A stretch of 64,000 nt of DNA, taken from IMG/VR virus record IMGVR_UViG_3300020198_000002, positions 1-64,000 of that record; one strand, 5' to 3'. The notes under the pieces were generated by a model. It worked only from the letters and a program-made list of their open reading frames with translations, was not told the DNA's origin and made no database searches. The DNA is from a virus. A program made the position numbers and the translations under genes. Below are positions 1-6,656 of the stretch, piece by piece; the first letter of the stretch is position 1; each line of letters begins with the position of its first letter.

Positions 1-1
1 T

Positions 2-151
2 CGCATCCTTGACAACATGAGCACCAAAGATTTGATGCGTTTGGTAGGCGATCAGATCGAAGAAAACCTCTCTGGTTATAGCGACGAGGAACTGATTGCA
101 GAGGTTGAAGAATACTATCCAGAACTGCTGGATGGATGCGATGACGTGTGA
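2..151 (+). CDS. small acidic phage hypothetical protein (5' truncated)
   Basis: Open frame from window edge: RILDNMSTKDLMRLVGDQIEENLSGYSDEELIAEVEEYYPELLDGCDDV*; stop overlaps the palindromic repeat. Confidence 0.7.
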   Translation, partial: RILDNMSTKDLMRLVGDQIEENLSGYSDEELIAEVEEYYPELLDGCDDV

Positions 152-206
152 CAGTTGAGGCGCTGTCCACTGAGGGGGCACAGACTCCCTCCTGACCCTT
201 TATACT
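146..206 (+). promoter_or_regulatory. early promoter module copy 1 (palindrome GTGTGACAG-N8-CTGTCCAC + hairpin + -10 TATACT)
   Basis: Palindrome 146-170, GAGGG/CCCTC hairpin, TATACT at 201-206; -35 poor. Confidence 0.6.
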
Positions 207-230
207 GATCTCAGTTCACAAGCGAATCCG

Positions 231-419
231 ATGACCATTTCGTTTCCCTCCCGCCAGCATCATACCGCTGCCCTGTATGATGCCTGTGCCCTGATTCTGG
301 ACACCTATCGGGAGACGGATCTGTTCTCAGTGTATGAGCAAGAGAACCTGGAAGATCACATCAACTTTGCTGCTACTGCCCGTGAAATCATGGGACTGAT
401 TGCTGAAGGGACGATCTGA
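231..419 (+). CDS. hypothetical early protein (62 aa)
   Basis: ORF track; directly behind promoter module 1. Confidence 0.7.
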   Translation: MTISFPSRQHHTAALYDACALILDTYRETDLFSVYEQENLEDHINFAATAREIMGLIAEGTI

Positions 420-466
420 CAACTGTCACACAGGGGGTTGAAATGCCCCCCGTTCCGTGTCATACT
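415..466 (+). promoter_or_regulatory. early promoter module copy 2 (sigma70 TTGAAA-17-CATACT)
   Basis: CTGTCACAC half-site 423-431, -35 TTGAAA 438-443 in loop of GGGGG/CCCCC hairpin, -10 CATACT 461-466. Confidence 0.7.
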
Positions 467-472
467 AACAGC

Positions 473-640
473 ATGAACAAAACAAACAATCCCTACGTCG
501 CTCAAATCCTCTCTCAGGGTAAGGAACCCAGCAAAGTTCCCGCTGCTAAGAAGCAGTTTCCCTGCACGATTCACGGTCGCATTTATGAGACCGAACAGGA
601 CTATCAGCAGGATTTGCATGACTTTCTGAACGGGCAATGA
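473..640 (+). CDS. hypothetical early protein (55 aa, MNKTNNPYVAQILSQG...)
   Basis: Start moved from 443 to ATG 473 because 443 lies inside the promoter; probably leaderless. Confidence 0.7.
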   Translation: MNKTNNPYVAQILSQGKEPSKVPAAKKQFPCTIHGRIYETEQDYQQDLHDFLNGQ

Positions 641-687
641 TTCACACTTTCACCCGTTCCCGTTCTACACTTTATCATCGCCAAACC

Positions 688-804
688 ATGCTACGCCTCT
701 CTGTTGCTGCTGTGCTGCTCTGGTTGCTATGGGAACCGATCCGACCTGTTCGCGGTGTGACAGCAGACCTGCTGCACACTACCGCTGATCTGATCGCCCG
801 TTGA
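688..804 (+). CDS. small hydrophobic protein (38 aa, MLRLSVAAVLLWLLWEPIRPVRGVTADLLHTTADLIAR)
   Basis: Manual translation; N-terminal hydrophobic helix; contains promoter-palindrome copy 3 in its coding sequence. Confidence 0.55.
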   Translation: MLRLSVAAVLLWLLWEPIRPVRGVTADLLHTTADLIAR

Positions 805-815
805 CCCTGTAGACT
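755..815 (+). promoter_or_regulatory. early promoter module copy 3
   Basis: GTGTGACAGCAGACCTGCTGCACAC 755-779, -10 TAGACT 810-815 at the same offset as other copies. Confidence 0.5.
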
Positions 816-841
816 CAACTCGTTCACCAATTAAACTCATC

Positions 842-979
842 ATGACTCGCTTCGAAGTTCGCTATCAGATTCCTTACAATGATTGTGAATGGCGTTCACA
901 ATTCTTCAGCACTTTGGAAGAAGCAAAGCGCATGGTAGACTTCTATCGCTCCTGCGGTTCGCCCGCTCATCTCGTGTGA
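842..979 (+). CDS. hypothetical early protein (45 aa, MTRFEVRYQIPYNDCEWRSQFF...)
   Basis: Manual translation; stop overlaps the next palindrome. Confidence 0.7.
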   Translation: MTRFEVRYQIPYNDCEWRSQFFSTLEEAKRMVDFYRSCGSPAHLV

Positions 980-1034
980 CACCTGACTAAGTGGCACACA
1001 GGGGGTTGTGAAACTCCCGAATCGGTGCAATACT
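974..1034 (+). promoter_or_regulatory. early promoter module copy 4 (TTGTGA-17-TGcAATACT)
   Basis: Palindrome 974-999, -35 1006-1011, extended -10 1026-1034. Confidence 0.65.
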
Positions 1035-1087
1035 AAAGGAGTCAAGGGGGGACAGACCTTCACCCCAAACCATTCTCTTCTCAAACT

Positions 1088-1246
1088 ATGACACAACAGG
1101 ATCTCACCATCGTTCGCAACTTCTTCTCTGATGATGAGTGGAACGCAATCGAATCTGCAATGCACGATTATGCGGACTATGGTGACGAAGAAAGTGATCT
1201 TTCGTCCAACATTCAGTCCAAACTGTATCAACTCTTTCAGAACTGA
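1088..1246 (+). CDS. hypothetical acidic protein (52 aa, MTQQDLTIVRNFFSDDEWNAIESAM...)
   Basis: Manual translation. Confidence 0.7.
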   Translation: MTQQDLTIVRNFFSDDEWNAIESAMHDYADYGDEESDLSSNIQSKLYQLFQN

Positions 1247-1248
1247 TC

Positions 1249-1467
1249 ATGACTTTCGTTCACGCACTTCTGTCCGCAGGTTATCTTCTCGATGAGGAGA
1301 ACTTTGATGAGAATTGCTACATCAAAACCGATTCACTTGGATTCGTTCACATCTATCAAATGGGTGAAGATGAAGGTGAATGGAACTACGTCAAAATGAC
1401 CGAGGATTATGATGTGATCACCGAGGTCACTTTCAATCCTGATTCTAACACTGTGATTCACAAATGA
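1249..1467 (+). CDS. hypothetical acidic protein (72 aa)
   Basis: ORF track; tightly packed between neighbours. Confidence 0.75.
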   Translation: MTFVHALLSAGYLLDEENFDENCYIKTDSLGFVHIYQMGEDEGEWNYVKMTEDYDVITEVTFNPDSNTVIHK

Positions 1468-1571
1468 AGTACACGATCCTCAAGTTTCAAGGTCGTTGGG
1501 TGAAAGTTTCCAGACAACTTTCCCCACCAACTGAGTGGATTCACATCATCAATCAATCCTACATCAAGTAA
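1464..1571 (+). CDS. hypothetical protein (35 aa, MKYTILKFQGRWVKVSR...)
   Basis: ATGA overlap with the previous stop. Confidence 0.55.
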   Translation: MKYTILKFQGRWVKVSRQLSPPTEWIHIINQSYIK

Positions 1572-1575
1572 AAAA

Positions 1576-1740
1576 ATGACTCACGATTCGATTCCTTCCC
1601 CGTTAAATTGGTTCAAGATTCCAAGTAACAAATACGAGGAAATTGAGGGAATTGCTGCTCGAATGGAGATTCCTGTTGATTATCTTCTCGCGGAGTTTGG
1701 TGTGCAAGGAGGTATCATCATACCCAAGGAGTTTGCTTAA
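1576..1740 (+). CDS. hypothetical protein (54 aa, ...IAARMEIPVDYLLAEF...)
   Basis: Manual translation; resembles small cyanophage proteins with a VDY..EF motif. Confidence 0.6.
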   Translation: MTHDSIPSPLNWFKIPSNKYEEIEGIAARMEIPVDYLLAEFGVQGGIIIPKEFA

Positions 1741-1745
1741 TTTTT

Positions 1746-1898
1746 ATGATGAAAGTTCTTGGTCGTGCTACCACTTATGTCAACTGGATTGCTACTTTAA
1801 CTCCCGCGCAGATTGATCAACTTTATCGAGAAATCCTGATCGATCATTATCATCAATCTCACACACAAAACATTGACAAATCCACCGACAAAAGGTAG
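1746..1898 (+). CDS. hypothetical protein (50 aa)
   Basis: Manual translation MMKVLGRATTYVNWIATLTPAQIDQLYREILID... Confidence 0.5.
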   Translation: MMKVLGRATTYVNWIATLTPAQIDQLYREILIDHYHQSHTQNIDKSTDKR

Positions 1899-1901
1899 AC
1901 T
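1873..1901 (+). promoter_or_regulatory. sigma70-type early promoter
   Basis: TTGACA (1873-1878)-17 bp-TAGACT (1896-1901). Confidence 0.75.
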
Positions 1902-1935
1902 GATTAAATACTACAGTCTTCAACATTGAACGATC

Positions 1936-2109
1936 ATGCTAACTCAAAAACGAACAGTTACACGCTATCGAGTGACCCTAGATTTCACTGTTGATGATAG
2001 CAATGGTAATCCGCCAAGTAGTTGGAACTGGAGAGAACTTTTGCAACTTCGATCCTATGAAAAGGTCAAGGATGTTTATGTCGAAAACCTTGGACAATTC
2101 AACGTGTGA
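1936..2109 (+). CDS. hypothetical protein (57 aa, MLTQKRTVTRYRVTLDFTVDD...WNWRELLQL...)
   Basis: Manual translation behind promoter 1873. Confidence 0.7.
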   Translation: MLTQKRTVTRYRVTLDFTVDDSNGNPPSSWNWRELLQLRSYEKVKDVYVENLGQFNV

Positions 2110-2201
2110 TCGTGACTCTCAGAATGCCGATTCGCTGCTCGCGCTTCTAGAAGATTCTGCAGAAGAGTATGAGTACGATGATGCTTCTATAGAGTCTGAA
2201 A

Positions 2202-2426
2202 TTGAGGACATGTATGATCCCTAATGTCAAACAACTGTGGAGAGTTTGGTGTAAAGCATTGGGAGAGAAAGCAAGCACTAAGGATCACGAAGCGGATGCG
2301 ATTGCTGCTCTGAGAACTGTGATTCTTTTGACTTACTTTGTGACCAATGTTTTTATTGTAAGTGGAGTGATTCGCCATTGGGATGATGTGAAAAACTCGG
2401 AATCTTGTGAGCAATTAAATGGTTAA
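2202..2426 (+). CDS. conserved cyanophage small membrane protein (W.KALGEKA motif)
   Basis: WRVWCKALGEKAS...AD.IA.LRT.ILLTY..TN.FIV.GVIRHW pattern; one TM helix; true start may be a little downstream. Confidence 0.75.
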   Translation: MRTCMIPNVKQLWRVWCKALGEKASTKDHEADAIAALRTVILLTYFVTNVFIVSGVIRHWDDVKNSESCEQLNG

Positions 2427-2489
2427 AAAAATGTATTTGCGTGCTCTATCTCTTGCGTTGATTTTATGCTTTGAGGGGGATTGTGAGGT

Positions 2490-2760
2490 CTTCTGAGCGC
2501 CTCTGAGTGTGCTTCTGAAATGCTCTGAGACGTTGTTATCTTAGCGTGCATTGTATCACAAAACTCCGAGAATGTCAAGTCCCCCCATATACTCGGAAAA
2601 CCCCCACATAAGTAACGCAAATACTTCGAGAATCTCAGAGAGTTGCCATAACCTACTCAGAGCATGTAAAATAACTCTGTCAGGGTTCATAAAGGGGGGA
2701 ATGCTTAAAGAACTCAGAGACCCTTAGGACGCTTACCATGAAACTCCGAGAATCTCAGAG
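2490..2760. repeat. non-coding region with dispersed CTCAGAG/CTCTGAG and AAACTCCGAGAAT repeats
   Basis: AAACTCCGAGAAT at 2561 and 2741, CTTCGAGAATCTCAGAG at 2624, CTCAGAG near 2634/2656/2713/2754, inverted CTCTGAG near 2501/2523. Confidence 0.6.
2550..2578 (-). promoter_or_regulatory. strong leftward sigma70 promoter
   Basis: Minus strand TTGACA (2578-2573)-17 bp-TACAAT (2555-2550) with extended -10 TG. Confidence 0.75.
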
Positions 2761-2765
2761 TGCTT

Positions 2766-2824
2766 GTGCCAGTTCGATGAACCGTCCACTGAGCATCGCC
2801 ATGGGGGTGCTGGCAGCCTATATT
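2766..2824 (+). promoter_or_regulatory. early promoter module copy 5 (TCGCCA-17-TATATT)
   Basis: GTGCCAGTT...CCGTCCAC 2766-2789; -35 2796-2801; -10 2819-2824. Confidence 0.55.
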
Positions 2825-2884
2825 GAGTACACGAGGGGGAGGGAAAGACCCGACCCCCACCAAACCATTCTCTACTCAAACCTC

Positions 2885-3199
2885 ATGCGTAAGATCGAAC
2901 AGCAAATCATCACCGCAATTCGTGACAACAAAGATCTCAAAGTTGCTAACTCTGAGGTCATCACTTTCACCAACCATTCTGATGTTTACCTGCACGGTAA
3001 CCTGATTGCTCGAATCGGTGAAACTTGGATGGAATTGTTCGATGGTGGTTGGCAGACTGCTACTACCAAGTCCCGTTTGAATGCTATTCTGAGTGCGTTC
3101 GGTATGCCTGGCGAGTATGTTTTCCAGAAGAACTTTCAGTGGTTCGTTCAATACGACGGAGCACCGATTCCGTTCTTCTCAGGTATGCGTCTCGCATGA
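2885..3199 (+). CDS. conserved cyanophage hypothetical protein (104 aa, MRKIEQQI...VYLHGNLIA...DGGWQTATTKSRLNA)
   Basis: Start reassigned to ATG 2885, downstream of promoter 5; recognisable conserved motif LHGN.IA...GGW...TTKSRLNA. Confidence 0.85.
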   Translation: MRKIEQQIITAIRDNKDLKVANSEVITFTNHSDVYLHGNLIARIGETWMELFDGGWQTATTKSRLNAILSAFGMPGEYVFQKNFQWFVQYDGAPIPFFSGMRLA

Positions 3200-3204
3200 T
3201 CTTT

Positions 3205-3232
3205 TGTCCTGGAGATGACACTAAACTCTCCG
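3205..3232 (+). ncRNA. small H-type pseudoknot, abiF-RNA-like
   Basis: TGTC(3205-08)/GACA(3217-20) stem, loop GGAGA(3211-15) complementary to TCTCC(3227-31), linker CTAAAC; intergenic. Confidence 0.5.
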
Positions 3233-3261
3233 TCATTCACGTCTCTTTCTTTACTCTTCTC

Positions 3262-3408
3262 ATGTCTACTTCTCTGATGATTGCTGCTCTGCGTCGTGGT
3301 CAGACTGGTTCGGAGATTCTCTCGATTCTCGAAGCACTTACCTCTCCCTCTGAGCAGTCTACTGTGCAGTCGTCTGCTACTGCGACTTTCGAACCTGTAG
3401 AGTTCTGA
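3262..3408 (+). CDS. hypothetical protein (48 aa, MSTSLMIAALRRGQTGSEILSILEAL...)
   Basis: Internal ATG of track ORF 3025..3408. Confidence 0.7.
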   Translation: MSTSLMIAALRRGQTGSEILSILEALTSPSEQSTVQSSATATFEPVEF

Positions 3409-3444
3409 TTCACTCTCACCTCTTCAACACTTCGCTACTACATC

Positions 3445-3639
3445 ATGAACATGATCAACCCCGCAACCGCTAGCAAACTGGATCTGCTGATTGCTGATAC
3501 TCAAGGACAACTCAAGTACACTGTTTTGCCTACTCGCAAAGCACGTCGCTCCGATCTCATCATGAGCAGCACAAAAGGCGTGAGGACTAACACGAACCGC
3601 CAAGGTCAGAGCAGCCCTCAGGCATCACTTGTGCGCTGA
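3445..3639 (+). CDS. hypothetical basic protein (64 aa)
   Basis: ORF track; KYTVLPTRKARRS motif. Confidence 0.65.
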   Translation: MNMINPATASKLDLLIADTQGQLKYTVLPTRKARRSDLIMSSTKGVRTNTNRQGQSSPQASLVR

Positions 3640-3665
3640 GTATAGCACTGAGACCCTCGGAGTTC

Positions 3666-3694
3666 TTGACACTTTGGGGGTCTTATGTTAGAAT
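3666..3694 (+). promoter_or_regulatory. strong sigma70 promoter ahead of a GC-rich non-coding leader
   Basis: TTGACA (3666-71)-17 bp-TAGAAT (3689-94), extended -10 TG. Confidence 0.75.
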
Positions 3695-3836
3695 GCATTT
3701 GAGCAGTCGAGGCGGCGTTCTTATGTGTAGCGCGGGGGCGCGATGTTGCGGTTATAAAAACGCTAACTACCCTAACCTACAACGAACCAAATTCGAGATC
3801 GATATATACATCGTAATTAAAAATTTTTTTAAGATT

Positions 3837-3956
3837 ATGGCAGAGAAAAAACCAAAAAAGAATCCTACATTTGGTAACGGTGATGCACGTAAAGCAACTG
3901 GTCAATGTAGATCTCAGGCACAAAAGAACGCAAGTAATCGTCGTAAGAAAAAATAA
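3837..3956 (+). CDS. small very basic protein (39 aa, MAEKKPKKNPTFGNGDARKATGQCRSQAQKNASNRRKKK)
   Basis: ATG 3837 in the frame of track ORF 3666..3956. Confidence 0.6.
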   Translation: MAEKKPKKNPTFGNGDARKATGQCRSQAQKNASNRRKKK

Positions 3957-3998
3957 TTTTTCCGGCTAAAAAATTTCCTATAAGGTCGATGAAATTGT

Positions 3999-4163
3999 AT
4001 GCTTAAATTTCACGTTTATAAAGAAAATAATCAGGTTTTAGCTCATAGTCTAACACCAGAAGAGTTGGAAGATAAAATCTCAAAAAATGAGATTGATATT
4101 ACGGAACATCAGATACAGCCAGTTGAATTCAATCAGTTTCCGACAGATGAGGTTTCGTATTAA
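3999..4163 (+). CDS. hypothetical protein (54 aa, MLKFHVYKENNQVLAHSLTPEEL...)
   Basis: Manual translation. Confidence 0.65.
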   Translation: MLKFHVYKENNQVLAHSLTPEELEDKISKNEIDITEHQIQPVEFNQFPTDEVSY

Positions 4164-4208
4164 AAATTGCAATTATATACATAAAGTTGATTATGTCTGA
4201 ATTGTTCC

Positions 4209-4358
4209 ATGTCAATAGAGTTAGATGCATATGAACTTGATCTGTTAATGGAAACTCTTTCATTTAGATTGGAAAATGATGATCAGCTGATTTTGAATTT
4301 AAGACTGAAGGAAGAATTAGAAGACCTATTATTATTGATAGAAGATCAGTATGTATAA
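4209..4358 (+). CDS. hypothetical acidic helical protein (49 aa)
   Basis: MSIELDAYELDLLMETLSFRLEND... Confidence 0.6.
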   Translation: MSIELDAYELDLLMETLSFRLENDDQLILNLRLKEELEDLLLLIEDQYV

Positions 4359-4512
4359 TGTATACATTGGTGAACATCTCATTATTGAAAATTGCAAGAA
4401 AGAAGATTTAGATCATAAGCTTCTTTTTGTAAAAGAATATTTTGATTGGTATACAGATGATGATCTCCGTACTCATGAGATTAAAATTGTACCAATAAAT
4501 AATTCTGACTGA
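4351..4512 (+). CDS. hypothetical protein (53 aa)
   Basis: MYNVYIGEHLIIENCKKEDLDHKL...; overlaps previous stop. Confidence 0.6.
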   Translation: MYNVYIGEHLIIENCKKEDLDHKLLFVKEYFDWYTDDDLRTHEIKIVPINNSD

Positions 4513-4515
4513 CCA

Positions 4516-4544
4516 TTGCACTTTTTGAAATGCTGTGGTAAAAT
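4516..4544 (+). promoter_or_regulatory. sigma70-type promoter
   Basis: TTGCAC-17-TAAAAT upstream of ATG 4567. Confidence 0.55.
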
Positions 4545-4566
4545 TAACTCGTTACTATTCAATGTT

Positions 4567-5325
4567 ATGGCTAAAGGATTTACTGTAAAAGCAAACGCAC
4601 CAGCACCCAAAAAAGTCGAAGATGACTTTGATTTGGCTAAAGCAAAAGAACTCATCAAAGGCAAATCGATCATCTTCTGTCTACCTGGACGTGGTGTTTC
4701 ATATACCTTTTTAAAATCATTCGTACAAATGTGTTTCGACTTTGTACAACATGGTGCTACGATTCAGATTTCACAGGATTATTCATCGATGGTGAACTTT
4801 GCACGTTGCAAGGTCTTGGGTGCGAATGTTCTTCGTGGTCCTGATCAACTTCCATGGGATGGCAAACTGCAATATGATTATCAACTGTGGATCGACTCGG
4901 ACATTGTTTTCGATGTCGAACAGTTCTACAAGCTTCTCTGGATGGATAAAGATATTGCTTGTGGTTGGTATTGCACTGAAGATGGAAAGACAACCTCCGT
5001 TGCTCACTGGTTGGAAGAGGACGACTTTGCGAAGAACGGTGGTGTCATGAATCATGAAACAGTCGAGTCCATTTCTCGGCGCCGCAAACCCTTCACGGTT
5101 GACTACACTGGTTTTGGATGGGTGTTGATTAAGAAGGGGGTCTTTGAACACCCTGAGATGAAGTATCCTTGGTTCGCTCCAAAGATGCAGGTGTTTGAGT
5201 CGGGTGATGTTCAAGATATGTGTGGAGAGGATGTCTCCTTCTGTCTCGATGCAATTGCAGCCGGTTATGAAATCTGGTGTGATCCACAGATTCGTGTGGG
5301 TCATGAAAAAACTCGTGTTATTTGA
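4567..5325 (+). CDS. conserved cyanophage GT-A fold glycosyltransferase-like protein
   Basis: WIDSDIVF (DxD), TGFGWVLIKKGVFE, GEDVSFC, VGHEK motifs; start MAKGFTVKA at 4567. Confidence 0.85.
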   Translation: MAKGFTVKANAPAPKKVEDDFDLAKAKELIKGKSIIFCLPGRGVSYTFLKSFVQMCFDFVQHGATIQISQDYSSMVNFARCKVLGANVLRGPDQLPWDGKLQYDYQLWIDSDIVFDVEQFYKLLWMDKDIACGWYCTEDGKTTSVAHWLEEDDFAKNGGVMNHETVESISRRRKPFTVDYTGFGWVLIKKGVFEHPEMKYPWFAPKMQVFESGDVQDMCGEDVSFCLDAIAAGYEIWCDPQIRVGHEKTRVI

Positions 5326-5382
5326 TATTGGCGCGTTTAAAACCAATTTTGGCGCGTAAGCAAACCATACTCTAAGGTAAAC

Positions 5383-5535
5383 ATGGCAACAAAATCAAAA
5401 GGTGGTCTGAATAAAACAATTGGATATATTCCTGGTAAACCAAAATCAACAAGACAGGGAATGGGCAATGGTACAAAGTATAGTGCAACGTCTCGTAACA
5501 ATGCACGTAAGCCCTATCGTGGTCAAGGTAAATAA
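5383..5535 (+). CDS. small basic conserved cyanophage protein (50 aa, ...PKSTRQG...TKYSATSRNNARKPYRGQGK)
   Basis: Manual translation; AAGGT SD-like motif upstream. Confidence 0.75.
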   Translation: MATKSKGGLNKTIGYIPGKPKSTRQGMGNGTKYSATSRNNARKPYRGQGK

Positions 5536-5560
5536 ATAAAGAGAAAGATTTAATAGTAAA

Positions 5561-5704
5561 ATGGCTGATTCTTCTTCAAAAGCAAGTCCAAATCACGAAC
5601 CAGAAAAACCCGACGGCAGTCAGGTGTTCGAATATGTTGTTGGGGCACAAAGTGGTCCCGTTGATTCTGGTCCTAATCCTTATTCTCCTTTAGCCGCAGG
5701 ATAA
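5561..5704 (+). CDS. hypothetical protein (47 aa)
   Basis: MADSSSKASPNHEPEKPDGSQVFEYVVG...; AATAAATA late-promoter-like motif at 5531. Confidence 0.55.
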   Translation: MADSSSKASPNHEPEKPDGSQVFEYVVGAQSGPVDSGPNPYSPLAAG

Positions 5705-5713
5705 GATGTAACA

Positions 5714-6313
5714 ATGTATCCTACTGATGATGAGGAATGGAATTTAATTCATCCTCACGACTTATGGGCATACAATAAACTTCAAATAAGTCGGATTTTG
5801 GGTTATCAATGTGGTCCAGCTGGGACTACAGTACCCAAGTCCGACTTTTATATTGTCCGCCCATGTATGAATATTCAGGGGATGGGATTAAATGCAGAGA
5901 TTCGATGGATAGAAGGAGCAACAAAAGACCTTCATCCAGCTGAATTTTGGTGCGAACTCTTCTCTGGTGAACATTTGAGTGTTGATTTTTATAAAAAAGA
6001 GTGCAATCTGGTTGTGAAAGGTATAAGACATCCAGAAAATCCGATATACAAGTGGGACAGATGGGAAAAAATTGATAGAAAAATCGAATTTCCTCCGATT
6101 TTATCCAATTTAGTCGGCAATTATGACTGGATTCAGTGCGAATTCATCGATGGTCACCTAATTGAAGTGCATTTTCGAAGAAATTCGAACTTTAAGTATG
6201 GAAATAGTGTAGCAATTCCGATATGGGGCGATGTATCGCAACAAAATGACATAAATTTGAAGTATGTTGACGCTCCAAATTACCTTAGAACTGGGTTTTT
6301 GGTTGATTTTTGA
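5714..6313 (+). CDS. conserved cyanophage protein, possible ATP-grasp-like fold
   Basis: YIVRPCMNIQGMG, FWCELFSGEHLSVDF, CEFIDGHLIEVHFRRN motifs. Confidence 0.75.
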   Translation: MYPTDDEEWNLIHPHDLWAYNKLQISRILGYQCGPAGTTVPKSDFYIVRPCMNIQGMGLNAEIRWIEGATKDLHPAEFWCELFSGEHLSVDFYKKECNLVVKGIRHPENPIYKWDRWEKIDRKIEFPPILSNLVGNYDWIQCEFIDGHLIEVHFRRNSNFKYGNSVAIPIWGDVSQQNDINLKYVDAPNYLRTGFLVDF

Positions 6314-6315
6314 AT

Positions 6316-6380
6316 AATAAATACGTTTGGAGATAGAAACCTCCTTAAAAGTTCTGTTTTTTCAGAACTTTGGAGAATTT
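6316..6380 (+). promoter_or_regulatory. late-promoter-like AATAAATA followed by a structured leader with SD GGAG
   Basis: AATAAATA 6316-23; hairpins GGAG/CTCC (6329-44) and AAAGTTCTG/CAGAACTTT (6348-71); GGAG 6372-75. Confidence 0.5.
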
Positions 6381-6623
6381 ATGGCTACTAATCCAAATCC
6401 AGACACCGATAAACTTCATATGATGAAAGAATGGGGCACAAAATATCTTATTACTGACCCCAAATCCGATCAACTTCTTCGTGAAGTTTGTTTTGATCAT
6501 TTAAATGATATTAAAATGCAAAATCATTTGCATGAAAATATTCGTAATGACGAAGATTATGACGATTGGGAGTATGGCACTGAACCATTCTATGGTCAAG
6601 ATTGGAAATCCGATAAAATCTAA
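6381..6623 (+). CDS. conserved cyanophage hypothetical protein upstream of gp25
   Basis: MATNPNPD...WGT.YLITD...LLRE...DYDDWEYGTEP; SD supports ATG 6381. Confidence 0.75.
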   Translation: MATNPNPDTDKLHMMKEWGTKYLITDPKSDQLLREVCFDHLNDIKMQNHLHENIRNDEDYDDWEYGTEPFYGQDWKSDKI

Positions 6624-6656
6624 TATAGATATAGTAATTAATCTTAAAGCTGGTAA

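Noticed and set aside
146-1000. NtcA or CRP boxes at the early promoters
   Set aside because: The palindromes do not fit GTA-N8-TAC or TGTGA-N6-TCACA spacing.
1991-2224. 77-aa track ORF
   Set aside because: Its 5' half overlaps the better ORF 1936-2109. The acidic 3' half looks coding, but I found no clear in-frame start after 2109, so it is not called.
146-2789. CRISPR or mini-array reading of the GTGTGACAG repeats
   Set aside because: Repeats are degenerate, irregularly spaced, separated by ORFs and tied to -10 boxes; no cas genes.
4783-5346. 187-aa minus-strand ORF and the many other antisense ORFs inside structural genes
   Set aside because: These are shadows of well-supported + strand genes, with no motifs or start signals.
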